Positions 51,481-62,900 of a stretch of DNA of 64,000 bases are shown here, piece after piece. The DNA lies in the NCBI GenBank assembly GCA_046292385.1, contig JBKBRF010000013.1:1-64000 (forward strand), in the 5' to 3' direction. Under the pieces are notes generated by a model. That model saw only the letters and a list, made by a program, of their open reading frames with translations, was not told the origin of the DNA and did no database searches. Source of the stretch: Armatimonadota bacterium (GTDB lineage Bacteria; Armatimonadota; SYMT01). The translations under genes and the position numbers were made by a program. Each line of letters opens with the position of its first letter. Positions within the stretch are counted from its first letter, which is position 1.

Positions 51481-51622
51481 TGTGGGAGTGGGAGCGAGCG
51501 AGCGTGGGAGAGTGGGAAACCCGCTCCCGTCTGTTTTCAGGTTGCAGGTTAACAGGTTGCAGGTTCCGAACTCCGCCTCCCGTGTTCCCAACCTGAAACC
51601 TGCCAACTTGCTAACCTGCAAC
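51481..51622. repeat. GTGGGAG repeats plus inverted CAGGTTG heptamer element
   Basis: caggttgcaggttaacaggttgcaggttccgaac ... aacctgaaacctgccaacttgctaacctgcaac. Same family as 29438-29592. Confidence 0.8.
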
Positions 51623-51679
51623 CGACATCTCCCACTCCCCCTTGCCAGATCCACGCCTCCATCTCGGCCTGATGGAGTA

Positions 51680-52591
51680 CTAACCTGGTACCGCTTCCGC
51701 CGCGGCCCCTTCCGTGTCGAAGTCGAGCGCCAGCCACCGGGCACCCGCCCCCGCGGCCCGGACGGCCGCCGCCATCGCCTCGCCGACTTCCTCCTCCCGG
51801 CCGGTGGTGAACGCCAGCATGGTGGAGCCGCTCCCGCTGAGGCAGGCGCCCGCCGCGCCGGCCTCCAGCGCGCCCCGCATCGCGGCCTCGAAGCCGGGGA
51901 TCAGCCCCGCCCGGTACGGCTGGTGCAGGCGGTCCTGCATGGCAGCCCGAAGCACCTCCGTCCGCCCCGTCAGCAGCGAGGCGACGAGCAGCGAGACGCG
52001 GCCGACGTTGAAGACGGCGTCGGCGCGGGAGTAGCTTTCCGGGAGCACCCGGCGGGCGGCCGCCGTGCTGACCGCGGCGTCCGGCACGCAGACCACCGCC
52101 CGCAGGCCCGGCGGCGGCGGGATGGAGAGATGCAGCAGCCCCTCCTCCGTGAGGGAGGTGACCTGGAAGCCGCCGAGGAGCGCCGGCGTGACGTTATCCG
52201 GGTGGCCTTCCATCTCCACCGCCAGCGCGAGCACCGCCTCGCGGTCGAGCGGTTCCCCCAGCAGCGCGTTCGCCCCCAACAGCCCCCCAACGATCGCGGT
52301 GGAGCTGCTCCCGAGACCCCGGCTCACCGGGATCGCGTTCCGCAGGTGAATCCGCAGCGCGGGCGCCGCCGCGCCGACCTCTCGACAGAGGCGGCACACC
52401 GCACGGTAGACCAGGTTCTCCTCTCCGCTCTCCAGAAGACCTTCGCCTTCTCCCTCCACGGAGACGCGGGTCGGGCCGTCGACCCGCTCCAGCTCCAGGC
52501 GATTGTAGAGACGCAGCGCCAGGCCGAGCGCGTCGAAGCCCGGCCCCAGGTTGGTGGTGCTCGCAGGCACCCGAACATGAATGCGGTCCAT
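51680..52591 (-). CDS. thrB: Homoserine kinase
   Basis: VPASTTNLGPGFD, IPVSRGLGSSS, EGHPDNV, DRLHQPYR and LSGSG. Confidence 0.95.
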   Translation of the reverse strand: MDRIHVRVPASTTNLGPGFDALGLALRLYNRLELERVDGPTRVSVEGEGEGLLESGEENLVYRAVCRLCREVGAAAPALRIHLRNAIPVSRGLGSSSTAIVGGLLGANALLGEPLDREAVLALAVEMEGHPDNVTPALLGGFQVTSLTEEGLLHLSIPPPPGLRAVVCVPDAAVSTAAARRVLPESYSRADAVFNVGRVSLLVASLLTGRTEVLRAAMQDRLHQPYRAGLIPGFEAAMRGALEAGAAGACLSGSGSTMLAFTTGREEEVGEAMAAAVRAAGAGARWLALDFDTEGAAAEAVPG

Positions 52592-52823
52592 ATCTCGATT
52601 CTCGCCTAAGCGCTGCTCGCTTGTCTCACTTCTTGGGGGGAACGGTCGCTTGCCGGGAGAAGTCCGTTCGCCTGCTTGCCTGTCAACTTTCGGTGGTTTT
52701 CGGCCGCCGGGAGCCGTACCTGCCTTCAACTCGTGTCAATCTGAGCCACCATCAGAATAACCCGGCCGGGAGCCGCGCGAGACGCGGAGCCACCTCGCGG
52801 CCCAGCGTAGAAGTAGACCAGTC

Positions 52824-53168
52824 ATGCAATTTCCCTCCCCGGAGATCCTGATCGTCCAGTTCACCCAGCCTGCCGACGCGGAAAGCCCCGCCGGCCTCAA
52901 GCAGCGCCTGCTCGCCGCCGTGGAGCATCCCGGGCACGTGGTGCTCGACCTCCGCCCCGTGCGGCTCGATGCCGGCCGCCTCGGGGTGATCCTCTCGCTC
53001 CAGCGGCGCCTGGAGCTGCAGGGGCGGCGGCTGGTGGTCGCCGGCTCCGCGGACCTCACCCTGCTGCTGGAGCGCGCCGGCGCGGAACAGGCGCTGACGG
53101 TCTTCCCGGACCCGGCACAGGCGGAAGCGTTCGCGCGGTCGCAGCCCGCCGTATCCCTGGCGGCCTAG
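52824..53168 (+). CDS. STAS domain protein (anti-sigma antagonist-like, degenerate)
   Basis: VVLDL..V.LD...LGVIL...GRRLVV...LLE.AG....TVF. Lacks the canonical DSSG phospho-Ser. Confidence 0.7.
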   Translation: MQFPSPEILIVQFTQPADAESPAGLKQRLLAAVEHPGHVVLDLRPVRLDAGRLGVILSLQRRLELQGRRLVVAGSADLTLLLERAGAEQALTVFPDPAQAEAFARSQPAVSLAA

Positions 53169-53538
53169 CCGAGGGCGGAGTAGAGAGGTCGGAGTGCGGA
53201 ATTCCGGACTCCGCCCTCTCCCGCCGCCAGCAGGAGCGCGAGCACTGCCAATCCTCACTCACCCGTGAGGGCGGGTGCGACACCCTCGCTGTATCGCGGC
53301 AGTGCTGGCCGCGCCGCTGCCAGCACTGCGACGACCGCCCGCCGCGGCATCTTTCCCGCACGAACAGATCACCCTCACCCCTTCACCGCCCTGGGGCGCC
53401 CTCCTCACCCGTGCGTTCTGGCGAGCCGGACCCCGCTCGCTCGAGAAGTGCAGCAGAGGGCTACTCCGGTCTCACTCCGAACGAAGGGAATAGAGAAGCC
53501 TGCTTGAGGAGCAGACGTACCGCAGCGGGAGGTCTACG

Positions 53539-53955
53539 ATGACCGGACGACTCTTGGCGGGTCGAGACAGCTTCGAGGTTACCGCGTGGTCCGCGATCCT
53601 CACAAGCGACCTCGGGTTGGACCTCGACCTCCGTGTCGCGCTGGACGTAAACCTCGCTCCCGGCCAGGAGTTGCCGTCCGGCTATTCCGTGGAGATCCAC
53701 TTCGAGCACGCGACGGACGCCGATTCTGTCGCCAGCCACTTCCCGGCGCCGGAAGAGCCGGGCTTCACCGGAACGGTTCTCGTCGAACCGTTTCTCCCTC
53801 CCCGGGTGGGACCGGCTCGCGTCGAGGTCACTATCCTGGCGCAATCGATGGGTAAGTCACTACCGGAAGCGCAGACCAAGTTGGATCACAAAGGCGACGT
53901 GACGCTGACGGTCACCTATTGCGCGGACCCGCACCCACTGCCCTCGCGTCGCTAA
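53539..53955 (+). CDS. Hypothetical protein
   Basis: GGAGG RBS, 138 aa, no recognised motif. Confidence 0.5.
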   Translation: MTGRLLAGRDSFEVTAWSAILTSDLGLDLDLRVALDVNLAPGQELPSGYSVEIHFEHATDADSVASHFPAPEEPGFTGTVLVEPFLPPRVGPARVEVTILAQSMGKSLPEAQTKLDHKGDVTLTVTYCADPHPLPSRR

Positions 53956-54066
53956 TCCGGCCAGTCAGGTCCGCTGCGACAGCCCGTGGCCGTGACAGAA
54001 AGGGAAGACGCCCGGCCCCTCCGCTGGAGAAGGGTCGGGCGTCTCGAGCTTTCCGGGAGAGCGCGC

Positions 54067-55065
54067 TTACTCTTCGGAGAAGGCGGCGTCGAAGGCGACG
54101 TTGCTCGGCTTGAAGTCGGCCTTCTTCAGGAACGCGGCGGCTTCGGCGGCGCCGAACTCGCGGTCCATGCCCATGTCTTCCCACTCCACGGAGAGCGGGC
54201 CCTGGTAGTTGATCCGGTTGAGGGCGCGGATGATCTCTTCGAAGTCGACCCGCCCGTGCCCGATGCTGCGGAAGTCCCAGCTGCGGCGCACGTCGCCGAA
54301 GTTGGTGTGCCCGCCGAAGACGCCCGCCTCGGTGGGCGTGGGCGACCACCACACGTCCTTCATGTGGCAGTGGTAGATGCGGTCCGCGAAGTGGTGGATG
54401 AACTTCACGTAGTCGACGTTCTGGTACCCCAGGTGGCTCGGATCGTAGTTGAACCCGAACGCTTCCCGGCGGCCGACCGCCTCCAGCGCCATCTCGGCGG
54501 AGGCGATGTCGAACGCGATCTCGGTCGGGTGCACCTCGAGGGCGAAGCGGACCCCGACGCGGTCGAACTCGTCGAGGATCGGGTTCCAGCGGTTCGCGAA
54601 GTCCTGGAAGCCTTCCTGGATCTGGTTCGGAGCGACCGGCGGGAACGAGTAGAGGAGGTGCCAGATGGAGGAGCCGGTGAAGCCGTTCACCACCTTGAGG
54701 CCCATGTTGGCGGCGGCGCGGGCGGTCGCCTTCATCTCCTCCGCGGCGCGCTGGCGCACGCCTTCCGGATCCCCGTCGCCCCAGAGGCGCGGCGGCAGGA
54801 TCGACTTGTGCCGCGGATCGATGTTGTCGCACACGGCCTGGCCGACCAGGTGGTTACTGATGGCGAAGCACTGGAGCCCGTACCGGTTCAGCGTCTCCCA
54901 GCGCTGGTCGCAGTAGGCCTTGTCCTGGGCCTTGTCCACTTCGAAGTGGTCGCCCCAGCAGGCGAGCTCGATGCCGTCGTAGCCGAACTCCTTGGCCTTC
55001 CGGCACATGGTTTCGAACGGCAGGTCGGCCCACTGGCCGGTAAAGAGTGTTACAGGTCGTGCCAA
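54067..55065 (-). CDS. Sugar phosphate isomerase/epimerase (xylose-isomerase-like TIM barrel)
   Basis: [41 protein letters not shown] and SVEWED. Confidence 0.9.
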   Translation of the reverse strand: MARPVTLFTGQWADLPFETMCRKAKEFGYDGIELACWGDHFEVDKAQDKAYCDQRWETLNRYGLQCFAISNHLVGQAVCDNIDPRHKSILPPRLWGDGDPEGVRQRAAEEMKATARAAANMGLKVVNGFTGSSIWHLLYSFPPVAPNQIQEGFQDFANRWNPILDEFDRVGVRFALEVHPTEIAFDIASAEMALEAVGRREAFGFNYDPSHLGYQNVDYVKFIHHFADRIYHCHMKDVWWSPTPTEAGVFGGHTNFGDVRRSWDFRSIGHGRVDFEEIIRALNRINYQGPLSVEWEDMGMDREFGAAEAAAFLKKADFKPSNVAFDAAFSEE

Positions 55066-55317
55066 TTCTCATCTCCTCGCGGGCGTCAGCGGAGACGCCC
55101 GTGATCCTTCGTTTCCGCAGGCGCTCTCCTCTGGAGGAAGCACCTGCCTGATCAACCCCCTGAGAGTTGTGGAGCCCGGCCGCAAAATCCTGCCGCGGGC
55201 AAGATGGAAGACGGGAGAAGAAAGATGAAAGACGGTGACTACGGCGCCGCGGCCTCTGTGCCGGCGCCACGCGAGCTTCCCGCGGGGCAGCAGCGCGTGC
55301 CCTCGGGGTCAACTCGG

Positions 55318-56349
55318 TCATTTTCCATCCGCCAGGGCAGCGGCTAGCAAGCGCTCTGCTCCCTCACGCACCACGTCGGCGGCCGGAAGGCCGGTCTCGT
55401 CTTCGGCGCGCGCGATCGCCGCCTCCGCTTGCTCGCGGGTGAGACCGCTCGGGTTGATGGCGAGGGCGGCGACGCGGCCCCGGTGGAGCGGCGCGAGGGC
55501 GTCTTCATAGCGCCGGACCCACTCCGGCAGCGGCGGAATCGCCGTCTCCTGGTAGCGGATCGTCTCCCGGCCGGCATGGTGGACCAGCACCATGGCGTCC
55601 GGCAGGCTCCCGTGCAGCAGCGCCAGGGTGACGCCGGAGTAGGCGGGGTGAAGCAGGCAGCCCTGCCCCTCCACCACCACCAGGTCGGCGTCGCCGCGCT
55701 CCAGCACCAGCCGCTCCGCCCAGCCCGCCATGAAGTCGCCGGGGACGCGGTCGAGCGTCACGCCGCTCCCCGCGATCAGCATCCCCGTCTGCCCGGTCGC
55801 CGCCATCTCCGCCCGCAGCCCGCGCCGGCGGGCGGCGCGGACCAGCTCCACGGTGGCGGCCATCTTGCCGACGTTGCAATCGGTTCCCACCGTCAGGATC
55901 CGCCGCGCCCGCGTGCTCCGCGCCCGTCCACCGGCGATCGGCTGGTCCGCCGGCGGACGGCGGAGGTCGACGATCTCCGTCCCCCGCTCCCGGGCAAGCC
56001 GCGCCAGCTCCGGATCGTCGCCGAGAAAGGTGTGGAGCCCGGAGAGCACCGCCACCCCGGCGTCGAGGCACGCCCGCAGGATCGGCCGCCACGCCTCCGG
56101 CAGCGCTCCCCCCGGCGGCGCGATCCCGATCACCAGCGCGTCCGGCCGCAGCGCCATCCCCTCCGCAATGGTCCCGACCACCGGCACCGCGGCCGGCGTG
56201 CCGAGCACCTCCCGCGTGGTGCGCCCCGCGTGGACACTATCGAGCACCCCCACCACGTGCTCGGGCCGATAGCGGACGAGGCAGGTGGCGGTCTTGGCGG
56301 TAAAGACGCCGAGCTCGCCTTCAGCGAGAATGAGGAGACGCTGGTGCAT
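55318..56349 (-). CDS. DUF1611 family P-loop protein
   Basis: KTATCLVRY, IGIAPPGG, SGLH, VGTDCNVGK, ATGQTG and VEGQG. Confidence 0.88.
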   Translation of the reverse strand: MHQRLLILAEGELGVFTAKTATCLVRYRPEHVVGVLDSVHAGRTTREVLGTPAAVPVVGTIAEGMALRPDALVIGIAPPGGALPEAWRPILRACLDAGVAVLSGLHTFLGDDPELARLARERGTEIVDLRRPPADQPIAGGRARSTRARRILTVGTDCNVGKMAATVELVRAARRRGLRAEMAATGQTGMLIAGSGVTLDRVPGDFMAGWAERLVLERGDADLVVVEGQGCLLHPAYSGVTLALLHGSLPDAMVLVHHAGRETIRYQETAIPPLPEWVRRYEDALAPLHRGRVAALAINPSGLTREQAEAAIARAEDETGLPAADVVREGAERLLAAALADGK

Positions 56350-56394
56350 TGGTGTGGGGCGCTAAGGGGTCCGCTGGAGTGATTGGCCGCTTTC

Positions 56395-56450
56395 GCCTCG
56401 GACTAAAGTCGAGGCTACACGGAGCGAAGCCCGCCTTCGCGGGCTCAGAA
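56395..56450. repeat. REP-like double-hairpin repeat
   Basis: gcctcg...cgaggc and agcccgccttcgcgggct hairpins. Aligns with 46048-46100. Confidence 0.7.
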
Positions 56451-56561
56451 CTCCACTGAAAAACGTGTCAGTGACTTCCCCCAACCCCTTAGGAGAAGAG
56501 GCTTCCGAGATGAGAGTCCAGCGCCATCATTCGTCGTGCGGCAGTCTTCCTACTCCACTGA

Positions 56562-56806
56562 TTCCGCAGCCGCGCTGGGCGACGGCCTAAACCAGGGAGC
56601 CTGGAGGCGCAGCCGGAGGCTGGGCTGGAAGGCTCCCCTTGTGGCCACCCCTGGCGAGGGGTGGCTGCTTGAGCCGGACGGAGTGGCCCGTGAGTCGCCG
56701 TAATGACCGAGCCGAAGCAGCCGGCCGCGGAGCCTAACCGGCTGGAGCGCACGCCCGGAGCAGTCCGCTAGCGGAGGCGCAGCCGGAGCGTGAAAGGGCT
56801 GCGGGA
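56562..56806 (+). ncRNA. Candidate structured non-coding RNA or element of unknown family
   Basis: Closing 10-bp stem with several nested helices in an intergenic gap with no credible CDS. Confidence 0.35.
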
Positions 56807-56910
56807 GGGCCAAACACGCGGGAGGGCCGCTCTGTTCGGTGAGGGCACGGGGTGGAACCTCGGGGAGATGCGGCTCACGACAGGCGAGCGTGCCGCATCT
56901 CCCCAAGACC

Positions 56911-59900
56911 CTACTCCGCGTCCCGGATGGAGAGCCCCATCTCGTCCGAGAGGGTGCGGATGTCCGGGGCGTACATCGCGTATCCGTTGGTCGGCAGGGT
57001 GTGGAACCGGCCCGGCACCTCCGCCCGGAGGCGGTAGGTGAGGGTGCTGGTCCCCTGCCGGATGCGGTCGAGGAAGAACGCCACCTTGGTGTCGCGGAAC
57101 TCCACGTAGGCGCCGACTCCCTTCTCCCAGCGGTAGCCGCTGCGGACCTCCGCCGCCTCGCAGCCGGACGGCTTCAGGTCCTCGAAGACCAGGTAGTCGT
57201 ACTCGTTCTTGCTCTCCAGCTGCAGCTCTACTTCCAGCAGGTCCCCGCTAGTCACGGTGGCGCCGTCTTCCAGCGGCACCCGCTCGTAGCGCGGCCCCAG
57301 GTTCACGTCCCGGTAGCCGGTCCACTCGCCGCCGTCGTCCAGCAGCTCGTACCGGCCGGTGAGGAACGGGTTCGGTCGCTTCGGGTCGAGCGGCTTCGCC
57401 TCCGGCTGGCCGCCGGCGGTGCCGGGGACGAGCCGGAAGTACTGCCGCCGCACTGAGATCTCGTTGCCGGTGGCGCGCAGCGGCTCTTCCAGCGAGAAGT
57501 AGGTGGTGTAGGCGGAGAAGTAGAGCGCTCCCGGCCCGTCCTTCCGGATCGTCAGCGGCTGCTCCCCCGTCTCCAGCAGCTCGTCCGGCACGACGAACTG
57601 GTTGTCGAAGAAGAGCGCGTTCTCCCGGGTGACGGTGTACTCGCGCCGGATCTTGCCGCCGAGGTCGACCGTGACGGTGTACTCCGGCGCCAGCTCCTTG
57701 TTCACCCGGATGTAGTCGGCCAGGGCGTAGACCGCCCACGCCGTCTCCCGGGTGCTGTGCCAGAAGTTCCCGCGGCGGTTGTTGACCAGCCACTTCACCA
57801 TCAGCGGCGGCAGCTCCGCATCCGGACGGACCGCCATGTAGGCCTGCAGCACGGTGGCGTTCGTCTCCACCTGGTTGTGGTACCAGCGCCACCAGTCCCC
57901 ACCCCGGCCCTGGTCCCAGTTGGCGGTCCCGTTCTCGCGGTCGATCTTGGCCGTCGTCTCCAGGTTGCGGAGCATCACCTCCGCCTTCTCCTGCTCTCCC
58001 AGCCCGTGCAGCGCCAGCGCGAGGAGTGCCCGGGAGTACGGAGTCAGCCGCTCGCGGTTCTCCCAGAGCCTGCCGGTGGTGATGGGGCGGATCGCCTCCC
58101 GGTACCGCGGCTCCATCGAGAGGACCCGCGCCTCGTAGGTGAGGAGGTGGAAGTTGTCTTCCTCCGGGAAGCGCTGCGCCAGGAACTGCATCCCGCGCTC
58201 CAGCACGCCGGGATCGACCGGCACGCCCGCGCTCTTCGCCACCTGCAGCCCGTAGAGCACGTAGCTGCTCATATACGGGTCGCTCGTCTGCCCCGGCCAC
58301 CAGCCCCAGCCGCCGTCGTGCTGCTGCGCGCCCTGGATGCGGTCCAGCCCCTCCCCAATCAAGCGCTGCAGCTCCGCGCCGTTGAAGACCGGGCTCCCGG
58401 CGGTGCGGAGGTAACGCGCCATCTCCCGCACCCGGATCGTGCCCGGGCGCCCTTTCGGGTAGGTGTAGGGGCTGTTCTCGACCGTCGCCCCGCCGGGCCG
58501 CGCCGCATCACCGGCCCGCGCCTTCTCTTCCAGCTCCCGGGCCCGCTTCTCCAGCGCCTCCAGGTCGTAGCCCAGGTCGGCCAGCGTCTTGCGGACCAGC
58601 ACCGCGGGAATGAAGCGGGAGACGGTCTGCTCGATGCAGCCGTACGGATACTCCACCAGGTACGGCAGGGCGTCGAGCATCGTCGCGGCGAGCGACGGGT
58701 TGAGCTGCACCACCAGCTCGGAGCTGCCCGGCTTCCGCTCGCGCGGCAGGGCGATCGGCAGCGACGCGGTGCCGCCGCGCTCCCCGCGGAGGACGCCGCT
58801 GCGGGCGAGCTGCCGCTCCACTCCGTGGACCAGCACCGGGAACGCCAGCTCGGTGGCGTCCGCGGCGGTCTGCGTCTGCGCCGTCAGCCGGATCCGCAGG
58901 TTCCCCTCCCGCGCCACGCGGAGCCGCCAGTCGAGCCGCTTCTCCCCGCCGCTCGGCACCTCGATCCAGCTCTCCGGCTCGGCGGAGCCCTGCGGCGCCA
59001 TGCTGGCGGTATCGTCGCGGAGGTCGAGCCGCACCCGCACCCGCTGCGCCTGCGGCAGGTAGTTGTGGATGTTGCCGGAGACGACCACCTCGTCCCGCTC
59101 CACGAAGAAGCGCGGCGCCTGGAGACGGACCAGCAGGTCCTTCTTGGTGCGCACGCTTGTCTCGTCGGTGCCGACCTGCGCCGAGGTGGTGTTGCCGATC
59201 GACTTCAGCCGCCACTGCGTCAGGTTGTCCGGCCACACCACTTCCGCGGTGGCGTTCCCCTGCGCGTCGGTAGTGAGGGTCGGCACCCAGAGCGCCGTGT
59301 CCGCCAGCCGGGTGCGGAGCGAGGCCTCCGCCAGGCCGCCGTCCGGAAGCTCCGGCGCGGGAGAGGCGTTGGGACGGCTCGCCGCCTCGGCCTTCATGGC
59401 CATGCCAGGCGCCGCCGGCGCGCTCATCATCCTACCGGCCGCCATGCCGCCGCCGAAGCCGCCCATGCCGCCGAAGGCTCCGGGCGGGCCGGCGGGTCCT
59501 CTCGCACCGAGCATGCTGTCCCCATCGCGGTAATACGCCATGTTCTGGATCTGACCCAACACGCTGCGCTGGTGCCAGTAGTACCCGGCGCGGTCCGGCC
59601 CCGGCCAGTCGGGGACCTGCCCCATCCCCTCCGGCAGCAGCCACTCGTGCGTGCGGAAGCTGCCGCGCGGCTGCGTGTCCTCCATGCCGGGATAGAAGAC
59701 CGTGCCCGCGGAGCTGCCTTCCGGCACCGCGTCGGAGCGGCGCTCGCCGTAGTGGTAGGTGCGGATATCCGGCGCGTAGTCCTTCTGGATGTAGCTGAGC
59801 GAGGCGTCGGTCACCGCCAGCGCCAGCTCCGCCCGCACCGGCCGCCCCTGCCAGTCGGTCGCCTTCACCTGCAGCCTCGCCTTCTGTCCCGGCTCGTACT

Positions 59901-62900
59901 GCTCCCGGTCGGCCTGCACCGCCACCTTCAGAAGCTCCCGCACCGGCGGGACGAACAGCTCGGTGAGCGACTGGTGCACGCGGCCGTCCCGCACCATCAT
60001 GGCGGTGACGTAGACGTTCGGCACGTCGTTTCGGGTGACCGGCAGCTCCAGCTCCACGGAGCGGCCCTTCACGCGGACCACTCGCTGCTCCGTGATCTGG
60101 TTGTTCGCCTCTCGCGTGAGGAGCACGGTGCAGTCCGGCTCCGGCGTCACCAGCAGCACCTTCGCCGTCTGGCCCTGTTCGTAATAGAGCTCCTTCACCT
60201 GCAGGTAGACGTTCTGCAGCAGGAAGCGGCCGGCGTCCAGCTCCGGCCCGGCGACCCAGACCTGGGTACGACCGGCAACCTGCTGCCCCGCCCGGTCCCG
60301 CGTCTCGAAGCGGATCTCGTAGTGCCCGCCCTCCTCGGCGCGCCACTCCAGGTAGCCGCGGCCTTCTTTGTCGGTCGTCAGCGGCTCCTGGTGGACCAGC
60401 CGCTCTTCGCCCTTCTCCTGCTCCCGCATCCGGAAGACTTTGGCGGTGCCCGCCACCGAGACCGGCGTCTCCGAGGGATCGATCGTCGCCACCTCCACCC
60501 GGAGCAGGTCCCCCTTGCTGGCGTAGCCGTGGGGGAAGTTCAGGAAGGCGTAGACGTCCTGACGGGTCGCCGTCACGGAGCCGCTGCCGGTGATGACGCG
60601 GCGGCTGGCGTCCTGGACCTCCGCCTCGATGGTGTACCGGAAGTCGCTGTTCGCCTGGTTGGCCGGCGCTTCGGTCTTGATGCTGATCTCGGCATTGCCC
60701 TGGGCGTCGGTGCGCGCCTCACCCTGGCTCACCACCTCCCCGTTCCGGTAGTAGAGGTTGTAGTCGCCGTTCCCGTAGTAGGGGTAGAGGAAGTCGAACG
60801 GGCGCGGAAACCGGTAGCTGACCCAGTGCGGGTTCCGGTAGACGCGGTAGGTGACCTTCGCGTTCGGGACCGGCCCGCCGAAGTAGTACTCCGCGTGGAT
60901 CCGCGCCGCGGCGGTCTCTCCCAGCCGCACCCGGTCCGAGGTCGGCTTCACCGTCACCTCGACTTCCGGCTTCTTGTACTCCTCCACGCGGAAGCGGTTC
61001 CCGCCGTAGTTCTGCACCTGCTCGGAGATGTTCGGAATCGTCGCGCCGATGACGTACTCGCCCAGCCGCGCGCTCGCCGGGATCGTGAACGAGCCGCTCA
61101 CGCTGCCGAACTGGTTCATCGTCTCGGAGAGCTCGTGCATCCGGGAGCCGGTGTTGTCTTGCACCACCACCTGGAGCTGCTGACCCGCCGCGGGCCGCCA
61201 CTCGCCGTTCACCCGCCGCATCGCCACCTGGCGGTAGTGGACCGTCTGCCCCGGCCGGTAGACGGCGCGGTCGGTGATGGAGTAGGTGCGGTAGATCTCC
61301 GGGTTGTCGTGGTCCCACCACGACTGGAGCATCTGCGTCACCGCATAGCGCTCACCGGTCCAGGCGAGGGCCTGCACGGAGAAGCCGCGGCGGTTCGGCG
61401 CCCGGCGCAGCGGCATGCTGAACAGGCCGTTCCCGTCGGTCTTGCCCCGGACCGAGTCGGCGTGACGCTCGTTATCGCTCCACCACTGCTTGGCGACGAT
61501 CTCGGCATTGGCGACCGGCTTACCGGTGGCGCGGTTCGTGGCGAAGAAGAGCGCCCGGTCCCGCTCCAGCTTCTCCACCACCACCAGGTCGGTGACCAGG
61601 ACCACGGTCGCCGCGCGGGCACCCGGCACGGTGGCTTCCAGCACGTAAGCGCCGGTGGCCTTCACCGGGAGCGTTACCTTCCGGTTCACCCACCGGTAGT
61701 CGCCCTTGTCGTCCGTCTTCACGTCCCACCGGGCCACCGGCGGACCGTACCACCGGTCGGCCGTCTTCAGCTCGCCGAAGTTGCGGCCGAAGTTCTCGAA
61801 CGTCGTTTCCGGATCGGAGAGCCGCGCGGGCTGCGTGAGCGGCCGCTCCAGCTCCACCTTGAACAGCTCCAGGTGCACCTGCCCGGCATTGCGCGTCCCG
61901 ACGGTGACCACGGGCGCGCTGCCCGGGGCCGGCGGCTCGGCGGTGGTCAGGTTGATGCGGCGCAGCAGCAGCTCCTGGAGCCGGAGCTTCGCGTCCTCGG
62001 TCCACTTGCTCTGCGGAAGCTCCCGGATCAGCTTCCGGTACTCCGCAACCGCCTGCTTGTACTCTCCCTCGGCCTCGCGGAACATCCCCAGGGTGAACTG
62101 CGCCTGGTCTCGGAGGGAGTCCTGCGGGTACTGACGGACCAGCTCTTCCAGCGGAGCGGTCGGCTTGACGTCCTGGTACGGATACGGGATCTGCACCCAC
62201 TTCTTGCCATCGTACCGGCGGGCGTTGCTCTGCATCATTTGGTGGTACTGCTGCAGCCAGACCGCCTCTCCCAGGAGCGCGATGGCGCCGGAGTGGGGGC
62301 GGTCCTGCCGGTCGGCCAGCCACCGGGCGTGCCGGTAAAGGTAGAGGACCTTCTTCGGCGCGAGCCACTCCAAGGAGTAGTCCTGCGCCGGGTCGACCTT
62401 CCACTGTGGGTCGGCGGGCGGGGCCCAGTCCTGGCCCTGGATCCAGGCGTAGTACGACGGGTCCTGCGGAAGCTGCCGGGCCAGGTCGAAGTCGAGCTGG
62501 ATCTCCTCCTCGCCCGTCCGGTGCGCCTCCCGGAAGCGGGGGTAGAGCACCCGCGCCGCCTCCAGGGCGTCGACGGCGTTGCGCGAGTCCTGCTGGTGGA
62601 GGTAGACCTGCTCCGCGGCGGCGCCCCCGCCCCGCGGCACGTCCGCACCGCGGTGGACCGCTTCCCCCACCCGCCAGCCGTGGTGCGGCACGCCGAGGTA
62701 GAGCCGTCCCAGCCAGTAGAGCCCCCGCGGCTCCCACACCGTGCCGCGGCGGGCCTTCACGAATTCGAGGCCGGCTTCCAGCGCCCGGTCCCACTTCTCC
62801 GTTTTCCCGAGGGAGACGACGACCCGGTACTCCACCTCGTCCTGCCGCGCTGCCGGAACGCGCTTCGCCTCCAGCAGCTTCAGGTAGCCCTCCAGCGCCG

